From an uncultured Verrucomicrobiae bacterium (GTDB lineage: Bacteria > Verrucomicrobiota > Verrucomicrobiia > Chthoniobacterales > UBA10450): a stretch of DNA of 64,000 nucleotides. The position numbers and the translations under genes were made by a program. The first letter of the stretch is position 1; the number at the start of each line of letters is the position of its first letter. Of the stretch, positions 12,381 to 23,427 are shown piece by piece. Where the stretch lies: the NCBI GenBank assembly GCA_963834385.1, contig CAWIBO010000001.1, forward strand, positions 160,954-224,953, in the 5' to 3' direction. A model generated the notes under the pieces. The model had not been told where the DNA came from. It was given only the letters and a program-made list of their open reading frames with translations, and did not search any database.

Positions 12381-15300
12381 TTAGAACTTCTTCGTCAGAG
12401 CCACGTAAACGAACCGTCCGGTGGCATCATAGATGAAGCCAGGGTAGCCGGTCGAGTTACCGCCGCCGCCGAACGCCTTCGGCGGATCTTCGCCGGTGAC
12501 GTTGTTGCAGCCAATGGTGATGGTGGTCTTGTCGAGCACACGCTGCCACATCGGCAGGCCGTAGTTGGCGGTCTGGGTGGCCGAGCTCTCGGCAATGGCC
12601 ATGTCCTTGCCGCGAACGACGTCCTTGCCGTCTTTCGAGAAGCCGGGGACCGGCTGCGACTCGACAGGAGCGGCGAAGGCGATCTCGTAGGAGCCCTGCA
12701 CGTCACCCATCCAGGAATGGCTGGTGTAGTGGTCGAACTCGCCGAGGCCGCCGCGGGGATTGCTGTTCTTGAAGAACGGCGTGTATTCGTGGAACCCACC
12801 AGTGTAACGCAGGGTTGCGTTGATATTGATGTTGTTCCAGGTCCAGTCGAGCTTCTGACGCGCTCTCCATTTGAGGTAACCGTCATTCGACGCGAAGACG
12901 TCGGTCGTCTCACCCGAAACCTCGGCTTCACGCTGTCCGGCCACGCCGGCGAACTCGAACGAGTCGAGATAGGTGGCCTGGGTGTAGGCGGTGAAGACAC
13001 CGATGCCGGTCTCGATCTGATACTGGGCGCCAAGGTCGATACCACGCGCCTTCTGTGAACCCGCGTTCAAGAAGGTGTAGTTCACGCGGGCGATGGAGTT
13101 GGTCCACCGGGTCGCGATCGACTGACTCACCCGGCTGCAGGGTTCCGGCGAGCTTCGCGCTGAAGCACGGCCGCCACGCTGGGCTGAATGACAACACCGG
13201 TGCGCTCGATGTCCCAGATGTCAGCTGAGATCGTGAACGATCCATACTGGGACGGCAGGAACTTCGGCGTCCAGACGAAGCCGGCGCTGAAGGAATGGGA
13301 GTCTTCCGGGGTCAGACCGGGGTTACCGGTGAAGGTAACCGGGGTCTCCGAGTTGGTACGAGCCGGGTCGCCAAGCGGCAGATTCGGTCCACCAGCCGAG
13401 AACGGCAGCGGATCGGTCGCACCGGTGAGCGCCGCGGTCGGGCTCGAGAAGAGCTCGAAGAGCGACGGGTTCCGGAAGCCTTTGCCCCAGGTCACGCGGA
13501 GCGTGAGGGTCTCGTCCAGCGGCTGCCAGCGCAGACCGAACTTCGGCACGACGACGTTGGTGTCGTTGTTGCGGAAGAACTCGCCGCGGACGGCCGCGGT
13601 GATGTCGAGCGCATGGAACATGCGGACGTTGTTGTCCGGAGCGAAGATCGGGATGGAGGTCTCACCAAAGAACGCATAGGACTTGCGGCCGGCGATGGTG
13701 ATCGCGTTCGGCGAGCTGCCGATCGTGTCACCGTCCAGGTTGATCTGGTCGGGATCCTGTTTCAGCGTCTCACGACGGAACTGACCGCCCATGGCGAAGC
13801 CGACTCCACCGGCCGGGAGCTTGAAGAGCTCGGTCGTGTAGAGAACGAAGTCAGCCGTGAAGAGCTTCGAGTTGTTGACGTCCTTGGGCTGGACGTTCAC
13901 GAAGTCAACCAGGGCCGCGTTCGCAGGAATCTCGACGCGATAATCGCCAAACGGATTGTAGGGGATGGTGGTGCCGATAAAGGAACCGCTCATCGGATTG
14001 AAGATCGGGTCGTTCGCATTCAGGGCGCGAAGCAGACGCGAGGTCGACTGAAGCTGACCCTGCTGAATCTGCTCGATCTCACTGTAGCGCATACCGCCAT
14101 CGTAACCCCAGGTGCCGTCAAACAACCGGTCGCCGCGAGCCCCGAGAGTCGCCATGAAGGCGTTCGTGGTCGAGTCGAAGATACGGTTGCCGAACTCGGC
14201 CAGACGGGCGCGGCTGCTGCCCGAGATGACCTGCTGGAACGGGTTGAAGGGGTTGAAGGCGTCCTCGGGGAAGAGCACGCTCTCGCGGCTTGGGCCGCCC
14301 ACAACCGCGCCTTCTTCGCGCGGCGGGATGGCCAGGATGGTCTGCCCCGGGGTATTGAAGTTGCCCGTGGCGGCCGGAGCCAGCTCGTTGTGGATCTTGG
14401 TCTTGTTATAGAAGAGATCGCCGTAGATGACGAACTGCTCGCCGAGCCACTGGTGGTTGAAGTTCACAAATCCACCGTAGCGCTCGATGTCCGGGAAGGA
14501 GCTCGAGAACTGGTTGAAGTTGAAGAACGACGAACGACCCGCGGTGAAGACAAACTCCTCGATCGCCCGAGTTGCCGTCCGAGAAGAACGGCGCGCGACC
14601 GAAGAAGGTCGTGCGGGTGCTGGTGGCGATGCTGGTCGGAACCGGCTGTCCCTGGTTGGCGAAGGCTTCCTCAATGGCGGCCTTGGTCAGCGAGAGGTTG
14701 AGCGGGCTGGAGTTGGTGCTGAGGAACGGAGGCACCGCCGAGAAACCGCGATCACGATTGAAGATCGAGTTGCGGAATTCGTAGCTGATGACGCCGTTAA
14801 CGTTGGTGCGGCCATCGCCGACACCGAAGAGCACGTGCGTCTGGAAGCGCATGCTGTCCTTGTCGAGCGTATTGCCGAGTTCAACGCGGGCTTCTGCGCC
14901 CTTGTAATCCTTGCGGAACTTGATGTTCACGACACCGGCGACCGCATCCGCACCGTAGGTGGTGGAAGCGCCGTCCTTCAGAACTTCGATGCTCTGAATG
15001 GCCGCAGCCGGGATGGAACTCAAGTCGATGAACGCCGTGGTGCCGCCCGCTCCGACGGGATAGGGGGCCACGCGACGACCATCAAGCAGGACGAGGGTTG
15101 CGTCCGGGCCGAAGCCGCGGAGCGAAACGCCCGTGGCGCCCGGGGTGAAACCGGTCGCGTTGTTGGAAATTGGAACACCGCCGGCATTGCTCACGGGAAG
15201 ATCTTTGATCAGCTCTTCCGCGGTGCGCTCGCCGGATTTTTCGATGAGATCGCGGTTAACCGTCAAGACCGGGTTCGGTCCGACTTCTTCCGCGGTCGGG

Positions 15301-15542
15301 ATGTTGGAACCGGTCACGATAACGCGATCGGTTGTGGCCACAGGGGGCTGGGCGAACGGGCTTGGCCCCGGGGCTCCACCAGTCGCGGCAATATCGCTGT
15401 CAGGGACAGCAACTGACGTCGACGCGGGGGTGGCCTCCGGGTCTTGCGCGAAAGCGCTCGACGCCAGAACAAAAGGAATTCCCACGCCTGCCACGAGAGC
15501 AAAGCGGAGTGATCCTAACGTCTTCAGTACGTTTCTTATCAT
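12381..15542 (-). CDS. TonB-dependent receptor, broken by three +1 frameshifts (about 14567, 13153, 13104)
   Basis: Plug motifs VIVTGSNI, SLRGFG, TLVLLDGRR, IEVLKDGASTTYGADAVAGVVNI; barrel motifs GNPGLTPE and C-terminal GRFVYVALTKKF; SD AGGAG upstream. Confidence 0.92.
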
Positions 15543-15612
15543 TAGTTTCTCCTATTAGGTTTGGTTAGGTTTGGCGCTAGGGATTACGGGAAGTTGCGAG
15601 GGCTGACAAGAC

Positions 15613-15639
15613 TTTTTTTCACAATTCGTGAATTTTTTT
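15613..15639. promoter_or_regulatory. Palindromic operator-like site in the divergent receptor/transporter intergenic region
   Basis: TTCAC-AATTC-GTGAA (15618-15632) flanked by T7 tracts, adjacent to a minus-strand TTGTCA -35-like box. Confidence 0.45.
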
Positions 15640-15775
15640 GAACGGGGCGCCTCGGCCCAATGTCGGGTCCCCTTCCATCCCCCACCCCCCTGGCCCCCTG
15701 CCCGGCCTTCCGCAGCCGACCCGGCCCGGACATAATTCTCTTGTGCCTTGCGGACTTTCCGGAACGGTGTCCGCA

Positions 15776-17059
15776 ATGCTTTTCCTCGCCGCGGTCGCCG
15801 CCGAACCCCATCCGCTGAGCATGCTCCCGTTTGCGGCGATGCTGCTCTGCATCGCGCTTCTGCCTTTGATCCTGCGGCACCACTGGGAACGCTTTTACCA
15901 TCTTATCGCGCTGGGGCTCGCCGCCATCACGGCCAGCTATTATATCTTCGGCCTGGAGAACAGCGGCCGCCTCCTGCACGAGCTGCGTGACTACGTTTCC
16001 TTTATCGTCCTGCTCGGTTCGCTCTTCATCGTCGCGGGCGGAATTCATTTCACCCTCCGCGGCGAAGCCACCCCGTGGCAGAACTGCGCCTTTCTCTTTG
16101 GCGGCGGCCTTCTCTCCAATGTGATCGGCACCACCGGGGCCTCCATGCTCCTGATCCGACCCTGGATCCGGCTCAATCGCCGGCGTTACGCCGGCCTGCA
16201 CACCGCGTTTTTCATCTTTGTGATTTCAAACACGGGCGGTGGCCTCACCCCCATCGGCGATCCGCCGCTTTTGCTCGGCTTTCTCAAAGGCGTCCCGTTC
16301 TGGTGGGTCATCCAGAACTGCTGGAAACCGTGGTTGATCGCCATCTGCGGCATCATCGCCATCTTCTATCTGGTGGACCGCTGGCACGACCGGAAGAGCT
16401 TTGATCCCAATCCCGCGGATGACGGCATTGATGCCGACATGAAATTCCAGGGGGCGCGCAATCTCTGGTTTCTCGGGCTGATCCTCCTGGCGGTTTTTGT
16501 GAACGACCCGCCCTTTCTGCGCGAGGCCCTGATGGTCCTGGCTGCGGCGGCCTCCTATTATTTCACGCCAAAGATGGTGCACCGAGCGAACAACTTCTCC
16601 TTTCTCCCAATCAAGGAGGTGGCGTGGCTTTTCCTCGGCATCTTCACCACCATGGTGCCGGTGCTCGATTACATGAAGGGGCATGCGGATACCTTGGGCC
16701 TGCGCAGTCCGGGCGAATTTTTCTGGGTCACCGGCGTCCTTTCCAGCGTGCTCGATAACGCGCCGACTTACCTGACCATGCTGGCGAATGCGCTTGGCCT
16801 GCAGGAGCTCAGCATCGAATCGGCGGATGATGTGCGCGCCTTTCTCCCGCTGGGAGGCCCGGTCCTTGCCGCCATCTCCATGGGCGCAGTCCTGTTTGGC
16901 GCCATCACCTATATTGGCAACGGTCCCAACTTCATGGTGAAGGCGATCGTGCAGCAACAGGGCAAGCCGGCCCCCGGCTTCTTCGGTTACATTTTCTTCT
17001 ATGCCCTGCCGGTCTTCCTCCCGGTGCTGGCGCTGGTCTGGTTCTTTTCCTTCCGCTAG
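15776..17059 (+). CDS. Ion transporter (IT) superfamily permease (putative Na+/H+ antiporter or citrate transporter-like)
   Basis: Many TM helices; IGTTGASMLL, SNTGGGLTPIGDPPL, LDNAPTYL, TYIGNGPNFMVK. Confidence 0.85.
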   Translation: MLFLAAVAAEPHPLSMLPFAAMLLCIALLPLILRHHWERFYHLIALGLAAITASYYIFGLENSGRLLHELRDYVSFIVLLGSLFIVAGGIHFTLRGEATPWQNCAFLFGGGLLSNVIGTTGASMLLIRPWIRLNRRRYAGLHTAFFIFVISNTGGGLTPIGDPPLLLGFLKGVPFWWVIQNCWKPWLIAICGIIAIFYLVDRWHDRKSFDPNPADDGIDADMKFQGARNLWFLGLILLAVFVNDPPFLREALMVLAAAASYYFTPKMVHRANNFSFLPIKEVAWLFLGIFTTMVPVLDYMKGHADTLGLRSPGEFFWVTGVLSSVLDNAPTYLTMLANALGLQELSIESADDVRAFLPLGGPVLAAISMGAVLFGAITYIGNGPNFMVKAIVQQQGKPAPGFFGYIFFYALPVFLPVLALVWFFSFR

Positions 17060-17067
17060 GATTCGTC

Positions 17068-17670
17068 ATGTTCACCGGATTGGTCGAGGAAGTTGGCTCG
17101 GTGCTCTGGATCCGGGCCACGGAACGCGGGACCCAGTTGCAACTGGCGGCGCCCGTCGTCTCGGCCGACGCGCGCCGCGGTGAAAGCATCGCGGTGAATG
17201 GCTGTTGCCTGACCGTTTCCGGACGCCGTGAATCCACCCTCACCTTTGATCTCCTGGAGGAGACAATCGAGCGGACCAACCTGCGCCATCTTCGCCCGGC
17301 CGGCCTGGTGAACCTGGAACGCGCCCTGGCCGCCTCGGCCCGGCTCGGCGGCCATTTCGTGCAGGGCCACGTCGATTGCGCCACCCGCGTGATTTCGTTC
17401 GAACGGGTGGGTGACGATTACCGCCTCGAGGTGGAACTCCCCGCCGATTACAGCCACTACGTGGCCGAAAAAGGCTCCATCGCCATCAACGGCATCAGCC
17501 TGACCGTGGCGGAAGTGCAGCCGGCCAGCGTCGTCGCCTGGATCATTCCGCAGACGCGCAAGCAGACGAATCTCGAAGGGGCGCGCACCGGGGACTGGGT
17601 CAACCTCGAGTTCGACATCCTCGCGAAGTATGTGGAGCGGATGCTGCCGCGCCTCCCCCGGGAGCGTTGA
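17068..17670 (+). CDS. ribE: Riboflavin synthase (alpha chain)
   Basis: MFTGLVEE, SIAVNGCCLTV, VNLERA, GGHFVQGHVD. Confidence 0.95.
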   Translation: MFTGLVEEVGSVLWIRATERGTQLQLAAPVVSADARRGESIAVNGCCLTVSGRRESTLTFDLLEETIERTNLRHLRPAGLVNLERALAASARLGGHFVQGHVDCATRVISFERVGDDYRLEVELPADYSHYVAEKGSIAINGISLTVAEVQPASVVAWIIPQTRKQTNLEGARTGDWVNLEFDILAKYVERMLPRLPRER

Positions 17671-17687
17671 GGAGAAGCGCCTGCGTT

Positions 17688-19079
17688 CTACTTCGCGCCG
17701 AAGCCCGAGAGGACGGCCGGCACGGTTCGGACCAGGATCTTGAGATCAAGCCCAAGCGACCAGCGATCGATGTAATCGAGGTCGAGCTTCACCCAGTCGC
17801 TGAAATTCTTCACCTGGTTGCGGCCGCTGATCTGCCAGAGACAGGTCAGGCCCGGCTTGACGCTGAGCCGGCGCCGCTGCGCGGTGTTCTCGAATTTTTC
17901 CACCTCGTAAAGGGGAAGCGGCCGCGGCCCGACGAGGCTCATGTCGCCGAAGAGCACATTCACGAGCTGGGGCAGCTCGTCCATGCTGGTCCGGCGCAGC
18001 CAGTGGCCCAGCGAGGTGATGCGCGGATCGTCCGCCACCTTGAAGACCGGCCCTTCCATCTGGTTGAAAGGCTCCAGTTCCGCCCGGCGCATCTCCGCGT
18101 CGTTCTTCATCGACCGAAATTTGTACATGACAAAGGGTTTGCCATGCTTGCCGGCGCGGAGCTGGCGGAAAATGACCGGCCCGGGCGAGGTGAGGCGAAT
18201 GAAGAGCGCGATCACGAGCATGGGAACGAGAAGGAAAAGAAGGAGCACAAAGGCGATGACGCGATCCATGATGGTCTTGACCAGGAGGGCCCAGGAGACA
18301 TCCGGGGTGGAACGGAAGACGAGCATGGGACGTCCGGCAAAGGCGTCGAAATCCGGCTTGGCGATGGAGGTCTGAATAAAGTCAGCCACCAGCCAGGCCG
18401 GCACGCCTTCGACTTCGCAGGCGCCGATGGCCTGTTCGACCCGGTTCAACTGCGTGTGGCCCGCGGCAAAGATGACGCGTGAGACCGCATGCTTGTGCAT
18501 CGCCTCCACCAGATCGGAGATGGGCTGCTTCTCGATGTCGATCCGCCCCGCCACTTCCAGGAGCATCTCCTGCTCCGGGGAAAAGGAATGCTCGAGCGCG
18601 GCGATATCCTCCGGCACACCCGCGAGCAGAACGCGCTCGCGCAACTCGCCCCGGAGCGCCTTGCCCCGGATCCACCGCACGATGATGCTCTCCTTGGCCA
18701 GGAGCAGGCCGGTGGCGATGAGGCCGAAGAGAATCGGGACGCTGCGGTTGGCCAGGGGCAGGCGCAGGAAGATGACGCAGCCGCTGACAATGATGCTGAG
18801 GTAGATCATGGCCCGCGCGATCTGGACAAATGACTTCCACTTCGTCTTGGCCAGGGGCGACTCGTAAAAGCCCTGCAGTTCGAGCAGGATGGGACCGAAG
18901 GGCATGACGACCACGATGAGCCAGAGATAGTTGGAAAAGGGGTCGATGCTTTTCGCGAGATCAAACCACGAGGTGCTGAAAAGGCGCAGGGTGTGCGCCG
19001 CCCAGAGCGCGAAAACGAAAAGGCAGGCGTCGATGAGCTGCTGGACCTGCGTGTTTAATTCCTGTTGCCGTGCGAGCAT
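17688..19079 (-). CDS. Polyprenyl-phosphate glycosylphosphotransferase (WcaJ/ExoY-like priming sugar transferase)
   Basis: YKFRSM, DDPRIT, SMDELPQLVNVL.GDMSLVGPRP, KPGLT..WQ. Start reassigned to 19079. Confidence 0.92.
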   Translation of the reverse strand: MLARQQELNTQVQQLIDACLFVFALWAAHTLRLFSTSWFDLAKSIDPFSNYLWLIVVVMPFGPILLELQGFYESPLAKTKWKSFVQIARAMIYLSIIVSGCVIFLRLPLANRSVPILFGLIATGLLLAKESIIVRWIRGKALRGELRERVLLAGVPEDIAALEHSFSPEQEMLLEVAGRIDIEKQPISDLVEAMHKHAVSRVIFAAGHTQLNRVEQAIGACEVEGVPAWLVADFIQTSIAKPDFDAFAGRPMLVFRSTPDVSWALLVKTIMDRVIAFVLLLFLLVPMLVIALFIRLTSPGPVIFRQLRAGKHGKPFVMYKFRSMKNDAEMRRAELEPFNQMEGPVFKVADDPRITSLGHWLRRTSMDELPQLVNVLFGDMSLVGPRPLPLYEVEKFENTAQRRRLSVKPGLTCLWQISGRNQVKNFSDWVKLDLDYIDRWSLGLDLKILVRTVPAVLSGFGAK

Positions 19080-19136
19080 GATGGCTGATTGAACGACGCC
19101 CTTCTCCCCGGGAAAACGGGCGACCAAGATATAATA

Positions 19137-19835
19137 ATGCAAACGGTGGTCAAAGGTGTGGAATATCTCTGCGCTCTCGTGGGCGTGGTCGCGCACCCTG
19201 AAGATCTGGCGCGGGCCCGTCGCCTGCGACAGAGACCCGACTTCCTCGAGATCCGGCTGGACGCCCTGGTGGAGATGACGCGCGACCCTGGGTTCAGCAG
19301 AACTCTGGATGCGCTGTCCGTGCCACTGATCCTGACCGCGCGCGATCCCGGGGAAGGCGGCCAAAACAATCTCCCGCTGGCCCAACGCCGCCGCCTGCTG
19401 AGGCAACATCTTCCCCAGGCCGCCCTGATCGACGTTGAGCTGCGCAATGCGCCACGCGCCGGTCCGCTTCTCGCTGAAGCGCGCGCCGCCGGGGTCGGGA
19501 TAATCCTCTCCCGGCACAACTTTGCCGCGGCTCCCGAACGGGCCGCGCTGGCGCAGGCCGTCGGGGAAGCAAAGCAATTGGGCGCGGACATCCTCAAGCT
19601 CGTCTTCCGGATCGAACAGGATTCCGAGCTCCAGCCCCTGCTTGATTTCATGGCCAGTGCGCCCCTGCCGATCAGCGCCATGAGTGTCGGGCCTGGCGGA
19701 GGACGAATTCGGAAACTGCTGGCCGGGGCCGGCTCGGTTCTGAACTACGGACATCTCGGCCAGCCAGTCGTTCCCGGGCAGCCCTCCCTCTCCGGGCTGC
19801 GGCAGGCGCTTTGTCCACGCCCCGGGCGGGAATGA
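19137..19835 (+). CDS. aroD: Type I 3-dehydroquinate dehydratase
   Basis: LEIRLD, ILTARDPGEGG, IDVEL, SRHNF, ADILKL. Confidence 0.88.
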   Translation: MQTVVKGVEYLCALVGVVAHPEDLARARRLRQRPDFLEIRLDALVEMTRDPGFSRTLDALSVPLILTARDPGEGGQNNLPLAQRRRLLRQHLPQAALIDVELRNAPRAGPLLAEARAAGVGIILSRHNFAAAPERAALAQAVGEAKQLGADILKLVFRIEQDSELQPLLDFMASAPLPISAMSVGPGGGRIRKLLAGAGSVLNYGHLGQPVVPGQPSLSGLRQALCPRPGRE

Positions 19836-19879
19836 TTGTGGGCCCATCTCGTACGCCCTCTGCTGCGTATACATATTAG

Positions 19880-20521
19880 ATGGCCAACCCCGACGAAGAA
19901 ACCATTGAGCTGCCGGCGGAAGTGCCGGTGATGCCCATCCCCGGTGCGCTGCTTTTCCCGAATGCGCTTCTGCCGCTCTATATCTTTGAGCCGCGCTATC
20001 GCGAGATGCTCGCTTCCGCTCTTTCGCGCCAGCGCATGTTCTGCGTTTCCCTGGTCGATCCCCAACGGCCGGGCTGGGAATCGACGAGCGACTTCTGCCA
20101 CGTCGCGGGCATCGGCTTGATCCGGGCCTGCGTAGGCCGGGCGGATGGAACCTCCAACCTGATCCTGCAGGGGCTGCGGCGTGTCCGCTTCACCGGCTTC
20201 ACGCGCGCTGACCCGTTTCCGGTCGCCAGCATCGAGGTGCTCGATTCCACGGAGACCGACACGGTCGAGACCGAGGCGCTCGGGGTGAAGGTGCTCGAGA
20301 TCTACGACCGCTTTAAAGGAACCGGGCGGCAGTTGCCGCCGAAAGTCGACGAATACCTGGCCGACCTGAGCGATCCCGAGATGCTGGCGGACCTGATGGC
20401 GGCGACCTTTATCAGCGATCCCTTTCGCCGCCAGCATGTCCTGGAGGAACTTTCCGTGAGCAAAAGGCTGCGACTGGTCATCCAGTATCTGCGTGAGGAA
20501 ACCGGCACAGCTGCGGCCTAG
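19880..20521 (+). CDS. Stand-alone Lon substrate-binding (LON N-terminal) domain protein
   Basis: LLFP..LLPLYIFEPRYREM, DG..NLILQGLRR. Confidence 0.88.
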   Translation: MANPDEETIELPAEVPVMPIPGALLFPNALLPLYIFEPRYREMLASALSRQRMFCVSLVDPQRPGWESTSDFCHVAGIGLIRACVGRADGTSNLILQGLRRVRFTGFTRADPFPVASIEVLDSTETDTVETEALGVKVLEIYDRFKGTGRQLPPKVDEYLADLSDPEMLADLMAATFISDPFRRQHVLEELSVSKRLRLVIQYLREETGTAAA

Positions 20522-21675
20522 GGCGCGCCGAGTCCCGCGATCCGCGCATGCTCCTCGAGCAGGTATCGGTCGGTCATCCCCGCGATGTAATCGCAGACGG
20601 TCCGGTGCAGGCCCTCGGCCTCAAGGCGTCGCGTGGCCTGTTCGCCCAGCAGGGAGGGATCGGTTACGTAGGCCTCGAAAACCTGCCGCAGCATTTCGCA
20701 GGCGCGCCGGTTCACCTCCGCCACCCGCGGATGATAATAAACATTCCGGTAGAGAAACTCGCGCAGCGCCCGGTTCGCCGCCGCGCGTTCCTCGCTGTAG
20801 CAGACAAGAGCCCGGTCATGTCGCCTGACCTCGTCCGCGTGGCCCACCCCTGCCGCCACCACCGCTGACCGGCTGCTGGTGATGACATCGCGCACCTGCG
20901 CATCGATGATGTCACGAATAATCAGCTTGTGGAGCTCCGGTTCCTGCACCCTGGGCCAGGTCGCGTCGACGCGGGCATGGCTCTGGCGCCAGACCTCCAC
21001 GCTCTCGAGCTGGGACGGTTCCAGGATCTGGAAATCGACGGCATCATCGAGGTCGTGGCTGTAGTAGGTAATCTCGTCGGCCAGGTCCGCAATCTGCGCC
21101 TCCAGGGAGGGATGACGATAGTCACCCCCCTCGCCCGGCAGGGAGGCAAAGCTTGTCTCGTGTTTCTGCAGGCCTTCGCGCACCTCCAGGGTGAGATTAA
21201 GACCGGGGAAATCGGGGTAGCTGCTCTCGAGCAAATCAACCACGCGGAGGCTCTGGCGGTTGTGATCAAACCCGCCGTGCGCCTGCATGCATTCCGCCAG
21301 CATCTCCTCGCCGGAATGGCCAAAGGGCGAATGTCCCAGGTCATGCCCGAGGGCGATGGCCTCGGCCAGGTCCTCGTTGAGCCCCAGGGCGCGGGCAATG
21401 GTGCGGCTGATCGAGGCCACCTCGATCGAATGGGTCAGCCTGGTGCGCAAATGATCACCGGTCCCGTTCAGGAACACCTGGGTCTTGTACTCGAGCCGGC
21501 GGAAGGCGCGCGAGTGGATGATGCGGGCGCGATCCCGCTGAAATTCGGTCCGGTAGGCATGGCGCGGCTCCGGTTGGCGCCGCCCGCGTGAATCGCCGGA
21601 GAACTGGGCGAACGGCGCGAGCGCGGCCCGCTCGTCCGCCTCCATCTGCTCGCGCGTCTTCCAGCCTTCGCTCAT
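20518..21675 (-). CDS. dgt: Deoxyguanosinetriphosphate triphosphohydrolase-like HD protein
   Basis: FQRDRARIIHSRAFRRLEYKTQVF, RLTHS, HDLGHSPFGH, DYIAGMTD. Confidence 0.93.
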   Translation of the reverse strand: MSEGWKTREQMEADERAALAPFAQFSGDSRGRRQPEPRHAYRTEFQRDRARIIHSRAFRRLEYKTQVFLNGTGDHLRTRLTHSIEVASISRTIARALGLNEDLAEAIALGHDLGHSPFGHSGEEMLAECMQAHGGFDHNRQSLRVVDLLESSYPDFPGLNLTLEVREGLQKHETSFASLPGEGGDYRHPSLEAQIADLADEITYYSHDLDDAVDFQILEPSQLESVEVWRQSHARVDATWPRVQEPELHKLIIRDIIDAQVRDVITSSRSAVVAAGVGHADEVRRHDRALVCYSEERAAANRALREFLYRNVYYHPRVAEVNRRACEMLRQVFEAYVTDPSLLGEQATRRLEAEGLHRTVCDYIAGMTDRYLLEEHARIAGLGAP

Positions 21676-22022
21676 TCGTCGCGCGGCTCCGGCACGTTCT
21701 CGCTCACGGAGAAGCGCTTTTGCAAGCCTCGCGCCTGGCGCCGGGTTTCGGCACGCACCATCAGCAGGTCAAAAAGAGCCAGGAGCAGGGAAAGCAGGGT
21801 GAGCCAGGCGCAGACAAACCAGAAGAGAAGAAAGCGAAAGAGATGTTCGCCCGGCGCGAGCCATCCGGAAAGAAAGGTGGACCCGGCCAGCACCATGCTG
21901 AGCGCGCCGCAGACGACCAGCGTCATGGCGGCGCGGCGGGTGCGCCGGTCACGGATGAGGCCGCGCGTCATGTGCGCGATAAACGACATCGCGCGGAGCG
22001 GTTTATCTTCCGGGCCGTTCAT
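21672..22022 (-). CDS. Small membrane protein with two TM helices
   Basis: Hydrophobic ORF between pdhC and dgt; its stop overlaps the dgt start. Confidence 0.7.
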   Translation of the reverse strand: MNGPEDKPLRAMSFIAHMTRGLIRDRRTRRAAMTLVVCGALSMVLAGSTFLSGWLAPGEHLFRFLLFWFVCAWLTLLSLLLALFDLLMVRAETRRQARGLQKRFSVSENVPEPRDE

Positions 22023-22069
22023 CCCTGCCTAGTTTGCGGCGAAACGGCCGCGGAAGTCGACGACTCCTT

Positions 22070-23406
22070 TCAGATGAGGAGGAGGGTCGGGTTCTCGAGC
22101 AACCGGCGCAGCTCCTTGAGATACTCCGCGCCGAGCGCGCCATCGATCACGCGATGGTCGCAGCTCATGCCGATCTCGAGGCGGCTTCCGGCCACGATCT
22201 GGTCGCAGTCGTCCACCACCGGTTTGCGCCGGATGGCGCCGACGGAAAGAATGAAGCCCTGCGGCGGATTGATGATGGCGGAAAAGTAGTCGATCCCGTA
22301 ACCGCCGAGGTTGGAAACGGTGAAGCTTCCCCCTGAAACTCCTCCGGCTTCATCCGTTTGTTCCGCGCGCGCTGGGCCAGGTCCTTCATCGCCTCGCTCA
22401 ATTCGCGGAGCGATTTCTTCTGGGCCGCGCGAATCACCGGCGTTACCAGGCCATCCTCGATCGCCACCGCCACCGCCAGATCGACGTCGGCGTATTGCAC
22501 GATGGAATCCTCATCAAAAGCGGCGTTTACCTTCGGCACCTTGGCGGCCGCATCCACCGACGCCTTCAGGACAAAATCGTTTATGGTGATCTTCGCCATG
22601 TCGCTTTCTTCGCCCGCCGCCTTGAGGTCGGCGCGCGCGGCCATGAGCGGGCCGGCGTCGAGATCGATATTGAGATAAAAATGGGGCACGGGTCCCTTGC
22701 TGGCCACCAGGCGCTCGGCAATAACCTTGCGCATGCCGCTGAGATGAATGCGGGAGGCTCCCTCCGGGGGACGGAGGGCCTGCGGCTTTGATGCCGCCGA
22801 CGCGCGTGGTCCTGCCTTGGAGGCGGCTCTGACGTCCTCCTCCGTGACCCGTCCTTCCGGACCGGTCCCGGCGACCGCGGCAAGGGAAACGCCAAGTTCA
22901 CCCGCCAGGCGACGCGCTGCCGGCGACGCCTTTACGCGGGCGGTCTCCTCCCCGCCTTTCTCCGCGGAAGCGGGCGCGGCAGGCTCGGGCGCTTCTTTCT
23001 TCGCCGGGGCCGCCGGTTTCTTTGCTTCCGGCGGCGCGGTCTCCTTCTCTTTTTTCTGCGCGGGGGCGGGCTTCTCGGTCTCGGCCGGTTTCTTCTCCGC
23101 CTTCTCTTTTTTCGCGGGGGCCTCTTTTTTCGCAGCCGGCTTTTCCTTTTCGGGCGCGGGCGCGCTTTCACCTTCCTCGCCGATGAAGGCGATGCGCTGG
23201 CCGACCTCCACCTTGCCCCCCTCCTCGACGTAAATCTCCGTGATGGTGCCGTCCTCGGGCGATTCCCATTCCATGGTCGCCTTGTCTGTTTCGATCTCGG
23301 CGATCACGTCCCCGGTCGAGACCTTCTCGCCCTTCTTCTTCTTCCACGCGACGAGGGTTCCCTCCGTCATCGTGTCGCTCAGTTTCGGCATCTGAATCTC
23401 AGGCAT
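22070..23406 (-). CDS. pdhC: Pyruvate dehydrogenase E2 dihydrolipoamide acetyltransferase, frameshift at the C5 run 22329-22333
   Basis: Lipoyl ETDKA; E3-binding ASPAARRLA. Restoring one G continues into SFTVSNLG...SCDHRVIDGA...LLENP, stop at 22070. Confidence 0.93.
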
Positions 23407-23427
23407 GGGACAAAATAGACTGAAAGA

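Noticed and set aside
19080..19874. Apparent N-terminal extension of the sugar transferase
   Set aside because: Overlaps aroD on the opposite strand; the likely start is 19079.
22960..23170. Repetitive Lys/Glu/Pro/Ala sequence
   Set aside because: Ordinary flexible linker of PDH E2.
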